Notes under the pieces: generated by a model
Databases searched by the model: none
What the model saw: the letters and a program-made list of their open reading frames with translations, nothing else
Told to the model about the DNA's origin: nothing
Program-made: the position numbers and the translations under genes
From: an uncultured Pelagibacteraceae bacterium
GTDB taxonomy: Bacteria > Pseudomonadota > Alphaproteobacteria > Pelagibacterales > Pelagibacteraceae
Length of the DNA: 64,000 bases
Direction: 5' to 3'
NCBI GenBank assembly: GCA_902632145.1
Contig: CACPBH010000001.1
Coordinates: forward strand, 16,553 to 80,552
In this document: one piece after another, positions 41,446 through 50,603 of the stretch
How positions within the stretch are numbered: the stretch's first letter is position 1
How the letters are laid out: every line of letters begins with the position of its first letter

Positions 41446-42266
41446 TTTAAGTTTTTAACCAGTAAGTCAATCAATTTCTCGTCGATTTCCGGATTAATCT
41501 TATTCCACAAATAAAATGCTTTTTGTCCTTGATAGATAAACATATTAAGACCATTAAAAACTTTAATGTTCATCTTTTTAAGGTACTTAAGAGTTTTAGT
41601 TTCCAAGGGATTATAAATTGTATCTATATAAATCAAATTACTCTTGATTTTCTCAAAGTTAAAATCAAAATCTTTATTTCCTTTCAAACCTAAACTTGTT
41701 GCATTTATTATTATATCAAAGTTTTTTATTTCTTCCTGCAATTTGTTCCATTCTATCATCTTTAAGCTACTAAACTTATTTTTTAAGAAAATACATTTTT
41801 CTCTTGTTCTATTAGTAATTGATATTTCTTGAATACCCGACTTCTGCAAAGATAAAATAACAGAGGGAGAAACACCTCCAGCACCGATTATTAAAGCTTT
41901 CTTTTTTGACGCATTATCAATTTCTTTTAAATATGCTGCTTGTAAGCCAAAAACGTCGGTATTTTCACCAATAATGTTCCCCTGATTATCAAGGTAAATT
42001 GTATTTACCGAACTCGTTATTTCTGCATCATTAACAATAGTGTCGACGTGTGAAACTATTTTTTGTTTATAAGGTAAAGTAACATTTATACCACTTATCT
42101 CTTTGTTCTTTATCTGGTCGATTATTTCTGGCAAATTGTTTTCGTCTTTTAAATCAATAATAGAATAATTTGCATCAATTTTATATTTTTTGAACCAATA
42201 ATTGTGAAGAACTGGTGATAATGAATGTTTGATGGGATTACCAATTATTCCAAACTTTTTTATCAT
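41442..42266 (-). CDS. aroE: Shikimate dehydrogenase
   Basis: HSLSP, NVTLPYK, NTD, GAGG, INATSLG. Confidence 0.95.
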   Translation of the reverse strand: MIKKFGIIGNPIKHSLSPVLHNYWFKKYKIDANYSIIDLKDENNLPEIIDQIKNKEISGINVTLPYKQKIVSHVDTIVNDAEITSSVNTIYLDNQGNIIGENTDVFGLQAAYLKEIDNASKKKALIIGAGGVSPSVILSLQKSGIQEISITNRTREKCIFLKNKFSSLKMIEWNKLQEEIKNFDIIINATSLGLKGNKDFDFNFEKIKSNLIYIDTIYNPLETKTLKYLKKMNIKVFNGLNMFIYQGQKAFYLWNKINPEIDEKLIDLLVKNLK

Positions 42267-42847
42267 TTTTTATATCTTTTAATATAGTTCATAATCTCTT
42301 TTATAGGCAAACCCATAATCGAATCTCTATCTCCCTTAATATACTCAAATAATTCCAGACCATTAGCCTCAATTTGATAAACGCCATAAGCAAGTAGAGT
42401 TTCTGTTTTTATTCTGTCAAGATATTCTTTAAGATCCTTTTCAGCAAAGTTTTTCATTTTTAACTCAGAAGTATCGGTATAATTCCAAATCATCGAACCG
42501 TTTTTAGAGATACAAACTGAGCTTACCAGAAAATGCTTTGAATTATTTAATTTCTTTAAAATTTTTAATGCTTCGTTTCTAGATTTTGGTTTATTTATTA
42601 ATTCATCATTAAACGAAATAACACTGTCAGCTCCTAAAACTAGCCTGTCAGGATGCTTGTTGCTTACTTTGATAGATTTTAATTCAGCCAGATTTTTAGA
42701 TATTAGTAAGGGATCCGCCCCTTCGCCCAACAATGAATTTTTTACTTCATCTTCATCCACATTTGAAACTATCACATCACAATCAATTTTATATTTATCT
42801 AATATCTCCTTTCTTACTCCACTTTTAGATGCTAATATAATTTTCAT
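42263..42847 (-). CDS. maf: Maf-family nucleotide pyrophosphatase
   Basis: ILASKSGVR, VLGADS, YQIE, SIMGLP. Confidence 0.9.
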   Translation of the reverse strand: MKIILASKSGVRKEILDKYKIDCDVIVSNVDEDEVKNSLLGEGADPLLISKNLAELKSIKVSNKHPDRLVLGADSVISFNDELINKPKSRNEALKILKKLNNSKHFLVSSVCISKNGSMIWNYTDTSELKMKNFAEKDLKEYLDRIKTETLLAYGVYQIEANGLELFEYIKGDRDSIMGLPIKEIMNYIKRYKK

Positions 42848-43662
42848 TTATTTTTTTTAATTTCTATTATTTTCAAAATTGATGCCGCTGTTTCTTCTAC
42901 TGATCTTCTTGTAACATCAATAATTGGCCAATTGTTTTTTTTAAAAAGAGTTTTTGAATCTTCCACTTCTTTCCTAATAAAGTCTAGATTAGTATAATCT
43001 TTCAATCTAGGGTTTTTCATAATAGCTACCCTATTTCGCCTAATATCAGCCAGTCTCTCCGGGTCAGCTACTAATCCTACTACATTTGATGATTCATTTT
43101 TCTTAAGTTCCTTAGGAATTTTCTGATCCAAGACCAAGGGGATATTGATTGTTTTGTAGCCTCTATTTGCTAGATAAATAGATGTAGGTGTTTTACTTGT
43201 TCTGCTCACACCTAGTAGGATAACGTCAGCATCATTTATATCATCAACTTTTTTTCCATCGTCGTGGGACATTGTAAATTGGATAGCTTCTATCCTCCTG
43301 TAGTAATCATCATCTAAAACATGCTGCGCGCTTGGTTTATGAATAGCTTTTTGGTTTAATAATTTTGAAAAGCTTAAGATTAAATTTCCTAAGATTCCAA
43401 AACAAGGAACGTTGTTTTTTTGGCTTTGATTAGAAATGTATTTAGCTAATTTTGTTTCAACAATGGTATATAAAATTAATGAGTTTTCTATTTCATTACA
43501 CTCCTTTATAATTTTATCTATCTGTTGTTCTGTTCTAACAAAAGCAAACTCTTTTTTTTCATATTCAAAGTTTTCGAATTGTGATTTTAAAGATAAGAAT
43601 ATTCTATCAAGAGTTTCACCTGTTGAATCAGACACAAGATATACATTGTATTTTTCGTTCAT
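42844..43662 (-). CDS. PEP synthase / pyruvate dikinase regulatory kinase-pyrophosphorylase (DUF299)
   Basis: VSDSTGET, HDDG, GVSRTSKTPTSIYLA, DVTRRSVEETA. Confidence 0.93.
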   Translation of the reverse strand: MNEKYNVYLVSDSTGETLDRIFLSLKSQFENFEYEKKEFAFVRTEQQIDKIIKECNEIENSLILYTIVETKLAKYISNQSQKNNVPCFGILGNLILSFSKLLNQKAIHKPSAQHVLDDDYYRRIEAIQFTMSHDDGKKVDDINDADVILLGVSRTSKTPTSIYLANRGYKTINIPLVLDQKIPKELKKNESSNVVGLVADPERLADIRRNRVAIMKNPRLKDYTNLDFIRKEVEDSKTLFKKNNWPIIDVTRRSVEETAASILKIIEIKKNK

Positions 43663-43936
43663 AAAGTTGTTAATTAATTAATAATAAATAACCTTTTTTC
43701 ACTTCTTGCTTAAACACTAGTTAAAGGGTTAACACTAATTCACATTGTTTTAACAATTTATTCAATGTTAATAGTGTTGTTTTACTAGTGTTTATAAGAT
43801 TAATAAAGTAGTCAAACAAACGTTTTTTGTAGGAAAATTGTTGACTATCGTATGTATAAAATATGTATAAAAAGTTATATGGATATTTAACAGGACCTAG
43901 TACAAAAACAACGTTTAAAAAAACTATTATTTAATA
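43663..43936. other. Putative chromosomal replication origin (oriC)
   Basis: AT-rich intergenic region upstream of hemE, the usual alphaproteobacterial oriC position. Degenerate DnaA boxes TAATTCACA (43736-43744), TGTTTATAA (43789-43797) and TATGTATAA x2 (43851, 43862); TATTTAACAGG followed by trio-like TAG TAC AAA AAC AAC. Confidence 0.75.
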
Positions 43937-44947
43937 ATGATTAATTTGAAAAATATCTTGGTTAATAAAGTTTCTTGCAAGTCTGTATGGTTTATGAGAC
44001 AAGCAGGACGTTATTTACCTGAGTTTAGAGAAATCAGACTTAAAAATAAAGATTTCATCAAGCTTTGTCTAAACAGCAATTTAAGTTCAGAAATTACGTT
44101 ACAACCAATTAAAAGATTCGACTTAGACGCAGCAATAATTTTTTCTGATATTTTAATGACCCCATACGCTTTAGGGCAAAACATAACTTTTGTAAAAAAT
44201 AAAGGACCAAAGCTAAGTGAGTTTAGTATAAAAAATTTGGTGAAAAATAATAAAAAAGAATTTTCTCAAAAATTAAACCCAGTTTATAAAGCTATTGAAA
44301 TAACAAGAAAAAAATTAGAAAAGGATAAATCCTTAATTTGTTTTATTGGGGCACCATGGACTCTTTTGATTTATATGCTTGGATTAAAAAAAGATGACAA
44401 TAAGTTAGATTTAGATAAATATAATAAGTTCAATGATCAAATTGACCAAACATTAAAAGAGTTAAACGATTATCTATGTGCTCATATAGAAAATCAGATA
44501 AATGCTGGAGCAGATGTAGTTCAAATATTTGACTCATGGGCTGGCATAATACCAAAACAAGATGTTGAAGATTTTTGTTTTATTCCAAATAAAAGAATAG
44601 TTGATTTTTGTAAAAGCAAAAAAATACCAACAATATGTTTTCCCAAAGGTTTAAAAGAGAATTATGAAGCGTTTAATGATTATGTTAAACCTAATGGAAT
44701 TAATTTAGATCCTGATTTGGATCCCCAGTGGGCTAGAAGCAGACTTAGAAATGTTGTTTTACAAGGAGGCCTTGAGCCGAAGATACTTTTAAAAACCAAT
44801 GAAGATATTTTGAAAGCAGCGACGAAATACATTAAAACTTTTAAAGATATTCCATATGTTTTTAATCTTGGACATGGTTTACTTCCAGAAACAGATCCTG
44901 ATAAAGTAAAAATGTTAGTCAATTTTTATAGGAATTATAATGAATGA
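43937..44947 (+). CDS. hemE: Uroporphyrinogen decarboxylase
   Basis: VWFMRQAGRYLPE, AAIIFSDIL, QIFDSW, FNLGHG. Confidence 0.97.
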   Translation: MINLKNILVNKVSCKSVWFMRQAGRYLPEFREIRLKNKDFIKLCLNSNLSSEITLQPIKRFDLDAAIIFSDILMTPYALGQNITFVKNKGPKLSEFSIKNLVKNNKKEFSQKLNPVYKAIEITRKKLEKDKSLICFIGAPWTLLIYMLGLKKDDNKLDLDKYNKFNDQIDQTLKELNDYLCAHIENQINAGADVVQIFDSWAGIIPKQDVEDFCFIPNKRIVDFCKSKKIPTICFPKGLKENYEAFNDYVKPNGINLDPDLDPQWARSRLRNVVLQGGLEPKILLKTNEDILKAATKYIKTFKDIPYVFNLGHGLLPETDPDKVKMLVNFYRNYNE

Positions 44948-45935
44948 AGACCATCCAAAAATAAAATTTGGTAAAACAGGCATACTTATAATTAACCTTG
45001 GAACACCCGACTCAACAGATTGGTGGGATATTAGAAAGTATTTGAAAGAATTTTTATCTGATAGAAGAGTGATAGAAGTTAACCCAATAATTTGGCAGAT
45101 AATATTAAATTTGTTCATATTAACTTTTAGACCTGCAAAGACTGCTAAAGCCTATAAGAAAATATGGAGAAAAGAAAACAATGAGTCGCCATTATTGTTC
45201 TTTACAAGAGAGCAAGCAAAAAAGCTTAACAATAGAATTAAAAACGAGAGATTAGTAGTAGATTTTGCAATGCGTTATGGCAATCCAAGTATTAGTTCAC
45301 GCCTGAACAAACTTAAAGACGATGGTTGCGAGCATATAATTATTTTACCTTTATATCCTCAATACGCTGCAGCAACAACCGCAACAGTTTGTGATGAGGT
45401 ATATAGGTCCTTAATGAATATGAGATGGCAACCAAGTCTTCAAATTATACCGCATTATGAAAGTGAGCCAATGTACATAGATGCTCTTGTAAAAAGTATT
45501 GAAAAAAAAATTAAAGAAATTACCTGGAAGCCCGATTTAATTATTTCTTCATATCACGGAATCCCAAAATCTTACTTTGATAAAGGAGATCCATATCAAT
45601 GCTATTGTCAAAAAACCACCAGGCTAATGAGTGAAAAATTCAATAAAATTGAAATTAAAACAACATTTCAATCAAGATTCGGACCCCAAGAATGGTTAAA
45701 GCCTTATACCGATAAAACATTAGAAAGTTTACCAAAACAAGGAATAAAAAACTTGCTTATAATTTGCCCAGGCTTTGCATCTGATTGTGTAGAAACTTTA
45801 GAGGAAATAAATATGGCTGGTAGGGAAAGTTTTATAAAAAGCGGAGGAAAAAATTTTGATCTTATACCTTGTCTTAACGATAGTTCCCAACATATAGATT
45901 TACTCCAACATTTGTTAAAAAGATATATTTACTAA
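44940..45935 (+). CDS. hemH: Ferrochelatase
   Basis: NLGTP, LPLYPQY, SYHGIP, FQSRFGPQEWLKPYT, DCVETLEE. Confidence 0.97.
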   Translation: MNEDHPKIKFGKTGILIINLGTPDSTDWWDIRKYLKEFLSDRRVIEVNPIIWQIILNLFILTFRPAKTAKAYKKIWRKENNESPLLFFTREQAKKLNNRIKNERLVVDFAMRYGNPSISSRLNKLKDDGCEHIIILPLYPQYAAATTATVCDEVYRSLMNMRWQPSLQIIPHYESEPMYIDALVKSIEKKIKEITWKPDLIISSYHGIPKSYFDKGDPYQCYCQKTTRLMSEKFNKIEIKTTFQSRFGPQEWLKPYTDKTLESLPKQGIKNLLIICPGFASDCVETLEEINMAGRESFIKSGGKNFDLIPCLNDSSQHIDLLQHLLKRYIY

Positions 45936-45941
45936 ATAGAA

Positions 45942-46463
45942 ATGAGTTCTTTAATAATTTATTCATCAACTGACGGACAAACAAAGAAGATTTGTGAGAC
46001 ATTAAAAAATAACTCTATTAATAAAAATTCATATGACATTCTTTCTTTAGATGAAGTATTTTATAAAGAAGTAGAAAAATATGAAAAGATAATAATCGGT
46101 GCAAGCATTAGATATGGAAGACATAATCCAAGGGTCTACAAATTTATTAAAAAAAACAAATATATTTTAGATAATAAAAAGAGTGCTTTCTTTTCAGTAA
46201 ATGTTGTCGCGCGTAAACTCGAGAAAAGTACTCCTGACACTAATCCCTACATTAGAAAATTTTTAAGGAAATCTAATTGGAACCCAAAAAAGCTTGGAGT
46301 ATTTGCTGGTAAAATCGACTATCCCAAACTAGGCTTTATTAACAAAAATGTTATAAGATTTATAATGTTTGTCACTAGCGGACCTACGAACACAAATAAC
46401 GTTTATGAGTTTACTGATTGGCAAAAAGTAAAAAAATTTATAAGAGAGTTTGATGAAATGTAA
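45942..46463 (+). CDS. hemG: Flavodoxin-type protoporphyrinogen IX dehydrogenase HemG
   Basis: YSSTDGQT, IGASIRYG, SAFFSVNVVARK, TNPYIRKFL, FTDW as in E. coli HemG. Confidence 0.9.
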   Translation: MSSLIIYSSTDGQTKKICETLKNNSINKNSYDILSLDEVFYKEVEKYEKIIIGASIRYGRHNPRVYKFIKKNKYILDNKKSAFFSVNVVARKLEKSTPDTNPYIRKFLRKSNWNPKKLGVFAGKIDYPKLGFINKNVIRFIMFVTSGPTNTNNVYEFTDWQKVKKFIREFDEM

Positions 46464-46586
46464 AATAATCTAATCAAAAAAGCTTAAGATGCTTAATTTT
46501 TCTAGAATTTCTTAACATTTAATTACTTAAATCGATAAATCGCTTAATTTTCACCTTTTTCTAGAAAATTTAATTAAATCTCAGGC

Positions 46587-46614
46587 TTGAAATTTATAAA
46601 AAAAGACATATATT
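46587..46614 (+). promoter_or_regulatory. Putative rho promoter
   Basis: TTGAAA-N16-TATATT upstream of rho. Confidence 0.5.
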
Positions 46615-46646
46615 TTTAGAACATTCCTTAAATCAACAATAATCAC

Positions 46647-47921
46647 ATGAATTTACAAGAATTAAAGCAAAAAAACCCAGCAGAACTTATTAGTGAGGCT
46701 GAAAAGCTAGGTATAGAAAATCCAAGCACTTTAAGAAAACAAGAAATACTTTTCGCGATACTTAAAAAGCTTGCAGAAAAAAACGAACAAATTACAGCCA
46801 CTGGTGTTCTCGAGGTGTTGCAAGATGGATTTGGTTTTTTAAGAGCAATAGAATCTAATTACCTTCCAGGCCCAGACGATATCTATGTTAGCCCGAGTCA
46901 AATAAGAAGATTTGGATTACGAACTGGTGATTCTGTTGAAGGGGAAATAAGAGGCCCAAAAGATGCAGAAAGATATTTTGCTTTGTTAAAAGTAAATAAG
47001 ATTAATTTTGATGATCCAGAAAAAGGGAAAAATAAAATTGCTTTTGACAATTTAACCCCTCTTTATCCTAACGAAAGAATAAAGTTAGAAGTTGAAACAA
47101 CTAAAATTGAAAAGAAACCTGATAATACAGCAAGACTAATTGATTTGGTAAGCCCAATCGGAAAAGGACAAAGGTCTTTAATAGTTTCACCGCCAAGAGC
47201 AGGAAAAACAATTATTCTTCAAAATATCGCCCAATCAATAACAGCTAATCATCCAGAATGTTATCTTATGGTGCTGTTAATTGATGAAAGACCAGAGGAA
47301 GTTACGGATATGCAAAGATCTGTGAAAGGCGAGGTTGTTGCCTCAACTTTTGATGAACCAGCCTCAAGGCACGTAGCTGTCGCAGAGATGGTAATTGAAA
47401 AAGCAAAGAGATTGGTAGAGCACAAAAAAGATGTCGTTATTTTGTTGGACTCTATTACTAGATTAGGAAGAGCATACAATGCTGTTATACCAAGCTCAGG
47501 CAAAGTTCTCACAGGAGGTGTTGATGCTAATGCTCTACAGCGTCCTAAAAGATTTTTTGGAGCTGCGAGAAATGTAGAGGAAGGCGGTTCTTTAACAATT
47601 ATTTCAACAGCATTAATAGATACCGGAAGCAGAATGGATGAAGTTATATTTGAGGAATTTAAAGGAACAGGAAACTCAGAATTAATTTTAGATAGAAAAG
47701 TTGCCGATAAAAGGATCTACCCAGCACTCGACATAACTAGATCTGGTACGAGAAGGGAAGAATTGTTATTTGCTAAAGATGAATTGTCTAAAATGAATGT
47801 TCTTAGAAGAATTATAAGCCCAATGGGAACCATGGATGGAATTGAGTTTTTAATCTCGAAATTAAAAAATACTAAGAATAACTCAGATTTTTTCGACTCA
47901 ATGAACAAGTCAGCCAATTAG
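46647..47921 (+). CDS. rho: Transcription termination factor Rho
   Basis: [24 protein letters not shown]...[16 protein letters not shown]. Confidence 0.99.
   Translation: MNLQELKQKNPAELISEAEKLGIENPSTLRKQEILFAILKKLAEKNEQITATGVLEVLQDGFGFLRAIESNYLPGPDDIYVSPSQIRRFGLRTGDSVEGEIRGPKDAERYFALLKVNKINFDDPEKGKNKIAFDNLTPLYPNERIKLEVETTKIEKKPDNTARLIDLVSPIGKGQRSLIVSPPRAGKTIILQNIAQSITANHPECYLMVLLIDERPEEVTDMQRSVKGEVVASTFDEPASRHVAVAEMVIEKAKRLVEHKKDVVILLDSITRLGRAYNAVIPSSGKVLTGGVDANALQRPKRFFGAARNVEEGGSLTIISTALIDTGSRMDEVIFEEFKGTGNSELILDRKVADKRIYPALDITRSGTRREELLFAKDELSKMNVLRRIISPMGTMDGIEFLISKLKNTKNNSDFFDSMNKSAN
47896..47907 (+). repeat. 12-bp inverted repeat, right copy (ACTCAATGAACA)
   Basis: Exact reverse complement of 28706-28717; lies in the last codons of rho. 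Confidence 0.8.
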
Positions 47922-47925
47922 TTAT

Positions 47926-48543
47926 TTATTGAATTGTTTGATTATTAAAACTTATATCGTGTAGATAAAAACTAATTATATTTTCTAAAACCTCAATTTT
48001 ATCTTTTATTGTCAAAGCCTCCAATAGCTTTTGCTTTTCCTCATTAGTTACCGGCGAGATCATAGATAAAGTATTAATTTTTTGCATTTTATCTAACCTT
48101 TCAAATTCTCTCCAGTTAAGCAATAATCCATTCTTTTTGAAAAAAATCTTTGCTTTGCTCATTAGATTTTCAACTCCATGGTCTTCAGTTAAATTGTTCA
48201 AATCAATTTCAAAATTTTTATAATCAACTTTAAACTCTCTGTATAATTTGTTATTTTTTACTTCTTCTAAAATATTAAATCTTATAATTCCCGTTAGATT
48301 TATCAAAATTCTACCATCCGGACTTTTTTGTAAATCACTGATTTTTCCTAAGCACCCAACTTTATAAACTTTATTTTCATCTTTTTGTGACTGAACCATG
48401 CCCATGAGTTTATCTTTATTATAAGTGTCGTTAACAAGGTCTAAATATCTTTGCTCGAAAATATTTAAAGGGAGATTTGTCTTTGGAAAGTAAATTACCC
48501 CACTTAAAGGAAAAATTGGAATAGTATCAGGAAATGTTTTCAT
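47926..48543 (-). CDS. LON peptidase substrate-binding domain protein
   Basis: IPIFPL, LPLNIFEQRY, VGCLGKI, DGRILINLTG, EKQKLLEA. Confidence 0.9.
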   Translation of the reverse strand: MKTFPDTIPIFPLSGVIYFPKTNLPLNIFEQRYLDLVNDTYNKDKLMGMVQSQKDENKVYKVGCLGKISDLQKSPDGRILINLTGIIRFNILEEVKNNKLYREFKVDYKNFEIDLNNLTEDHGVENLMSKAKIFFKKNGLLLNWREFERLDKMQKINTLSMISPVTNEEKQKLLEALTIKDKIEVLENIISFYLHDISFNNQTIQ

Positions 48544-48595
48544 AAAGTTATTATAATAAAAAATTTATTTAACTGGTAGCGACATTTTATTTAGG

Positions 48596-48625
48596 TTGAC
48601 CGCTCTAGATGCCTTATACTATACT
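48596..48625 (+). promoter_or_regulatory. Putative sigma70 promoter of tRNA-Gly
   Basis: TTGACC-N18-TATACT, 10 nt upstream of the tRNA. Confidence 0.55.
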
Positions 48626-48635
48626 TTAATTTAAT

Positions 48636-48710
48636 GCGGGCATAGCTCAGTGGTAGAGCGTCTCGTTGCCAACGAGAAGGTCGAGGGTTCAAGTCCCTTT
48701 GCCCGCTCCA
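48636..48710 (+). tRNA. tRNA-Gly (GCC)
   Basis: GCGGGCA acceptor pairs with TGCCCGC; anticodon arm TCTCG-TTGCCAA-CGAGA; GGTTCAAGTCC T-arm; encoded CCA. Confidence 0.98.
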
Positions 48711-48714
48711 GAAT

Positions 48715-49050
48715 ATGAGTGATTTAGCTAAAAAAAAATGTATTCCATGTGAAGGAAATATCCCTCCATTCGATAAGAGTGAAATACATAAATATTTGAA
48801 GAAAGTTGATGGTTGGGATGTGAAGAGTAACGAAGATAAGAGTTATTTTTTAAAAAAAGATTTTAAATTTAAAAATTTTATTGAAAGTCAAAATTTTACA
48901 AATAAAGTTGGTGAAATAGCTGAAAAAGAGAACCATCATCCTGATATTTCTTTTGGCTGGGGTTATTGTAGCATAAAAATTTTCACTCATGCAATAAAAG
49001 GCTTAGCTGAAAGTGATTTTATTTTGGCAGCAAAGATAGATCAAATTTGA
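48715..49050 (+). CDS. Pterin-4-alpha-carbinolamine dehydratase
   Basis: CIPCEG, AEKENHHPDI, THAIKGLAESDFILAAKID. Confidence 0.92.
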   Translation: MSDLAKKKCIPCEGNIPPFDKSEIHKYLKKVDGWDVKSNEDKSYFLKKDFKFKNFIESQNFTNKVGEIAEKENHHPDISFGWGYCSIKIFTHAIKGLAESDFILAAKIDQI

Positions 49051-50601
49051 TTAGTGGAAGAAATGTCGAATACCAGTGAACAACATTTTTATTTTCGCTT
49101 TATTAGCATAATTAATAATTTCTCTATCCTTTATAGATCCACCTGGTTGAATCACAACTTTTACTCCTGCTTTTACTAATAAATCCAAACCATCTGAGAA
49201 TGGAAAAAAAGCATCCGAAGCTGCTATTGCATTAGAAATTTTCATTGGCTGAAATTTTTTAGCTTTTTGGATGGCAATCTTACAACTATCCAATCTACTT
49301 GGCTGGCCACCTCCGATACCAATAGTAGAAAAATTATTACATAGCACTATTGCATTGGATTTTACGTACTTACTAATGTTGAATGCAAATTCTATTTCGT
49401 CAAGCTCCTTTTTGCTTGGTTTCAATTTTGTTACACATCTGAAGTTTTTCTTTTTTACTATTTTATTATTTCTATTTTGAACTAAAAAAGAGCCATCAAA
49501 AGATTTTATATACATTTGATTTTTATATTTGAAATTAGAAATATCAATAATTCTTAAATTTTTCTTTCTCTTTAAAATCTTAAGCGATTCTTTGTCAAAA
49601 CCTCTTGATAATATCACTTCAAGGAAATTTTTAGTTATTTCACTAGCAATTTTTTTATTCATTTTATAATTACAAGCTATAACGCCCCCAAAGGCGCTAA
49701 TCGGATCACATTTGTATGCATTTTTAAAACTAATAAAAGGTTGTTTGCTTACAGATATTCCACAAGGGTTTGCATGTTTAATAACTACAGTTGCTGCTTT
49801 CCCTTTAAAAGATTGTAAAATTTCTAGACCAGCAAATAAATCATTGTAATTATTATAACTTAATTCTTTTCCATGTAGTTGCTTTAAACCAAGTTTTTTA
49901 TCATCGTAATCACTTACATATATAGAGCTTTCTTGATGGGGATTCTCACCATATCTTAGACTTGAAAGTTTTCTTCCAAAAATTGTTTTTCTTTCAGGAA
50001 ACCGAATATTAAGTTTGTTATTAAACCAATTAGCTATCATAGCGTCGTAGTAAGCAGTTAGACCGAAGGCCTTCGACGACATAAATTCTCTAAATTTTAT
50101 ACTTGTTTTTCCTCTGTTTTTTTCTAACTCTTTTATAAGTGGTTTATAATCATTTTTATTTGTAATTATTGTTACATTTTTAAAATTTTTTGCAGCTGCA
50201 CGAACCATTGTAGGTCCGCCGATATCTATATTTTCAATAATATTTTTTGATTTTTTAGATTCCATTACAATTTTTTGAAAAGGGTAAAAATTAACAATAA
50301 TTAAATCAATAGAAGAAAACTTTTGCTTGGACATTTGCTTCTTGTGAGTCTTATTTTGTCTATCATGTAAAATGCCAGCATGTACCTTAGGGTGTAGAGA
50401 TTTAACTCTACCGTCTAACATTTCTTCAAATCCTGTATATTTTGATAACTCAGTACATGCGTAGCCAAGTTTTTTTATAGCTTTATAAGTTCCTCCAGAA
50501 CTAATAATTTTGATATTATATTTTTTTAAAACTCTTAATAAAGAACTAATATTTTCCTTATCCGACACTGAAACTAATGCGTTTTTAATTTTAAGGTTCA
50601 T
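49051..50601 (-). CDS. purH: Bifunctional AICAR transformylase / IMP cyclohydrolase
   Basis: ALVSVSDK, GRVKSLHP, IDIGGP, LRYGENPHQ, KHANPCG, SDAFFPF. Confidence 0.97.
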   Translation of the reverse strand: MNLKIKNALVSVSDKENISSLLRVLKKYNIKIISSGGTYKAIKKLGYACTELSKYTGFEEMLDGRVKSLHPKVHAGILHDRQNKTHKKQMSKQKFSSIDLIIVNFYPFQKIVMESKKSKNIIENIDIGGPTMVRAAAKNFKNVTIITNKNDYKPLIKELEKNRGKTSIKFREFMSSKAFGLTAYYDAMIANWFNNKLNIRFPERKTIFGRKLSSLRYGENPHQESSIYVSDYDDKKLGLKQLHGKELSYNNYNDLFAGLEILQSFKGKAATVVIKHANPCGISVSKQPFISFKNAYKCDPISAFGGVIACNYKMNKKIASEITKNFLEVILSRGFDKESLKILKRKKNLRIIDISNFKYKNQMYIKSFDGSFLVQNRNNKIVKKKNFRCVTKLKPSKKELDEIEFAFNISKYVKSNAIVLCNNFSTIGIGGGQPSRLDSCKIAIQKAKKFQPMKISNAIAASDAFFPFSDGLDLLVKAGVKVVIQPGGSIKDREIINYANKAKIKMLFTGIRHFFH

Positions 50602-50603
50602 AG

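Noticed and set aside
43710-43724. Perfect CtrA-type box TTAA-N7-TTAA in the origin
   Set aside because: It is a single copy in very AT-rich DNA where chance matches are likely, and no ctrA is visible in this window to support it.
48636-48714. tRNA-Gly as an integration site
   Set aside because: There is no integrase, no duplicated tRNA 3' end and no foreign block; a housekeeping gene starts 4 bp after the CCA.
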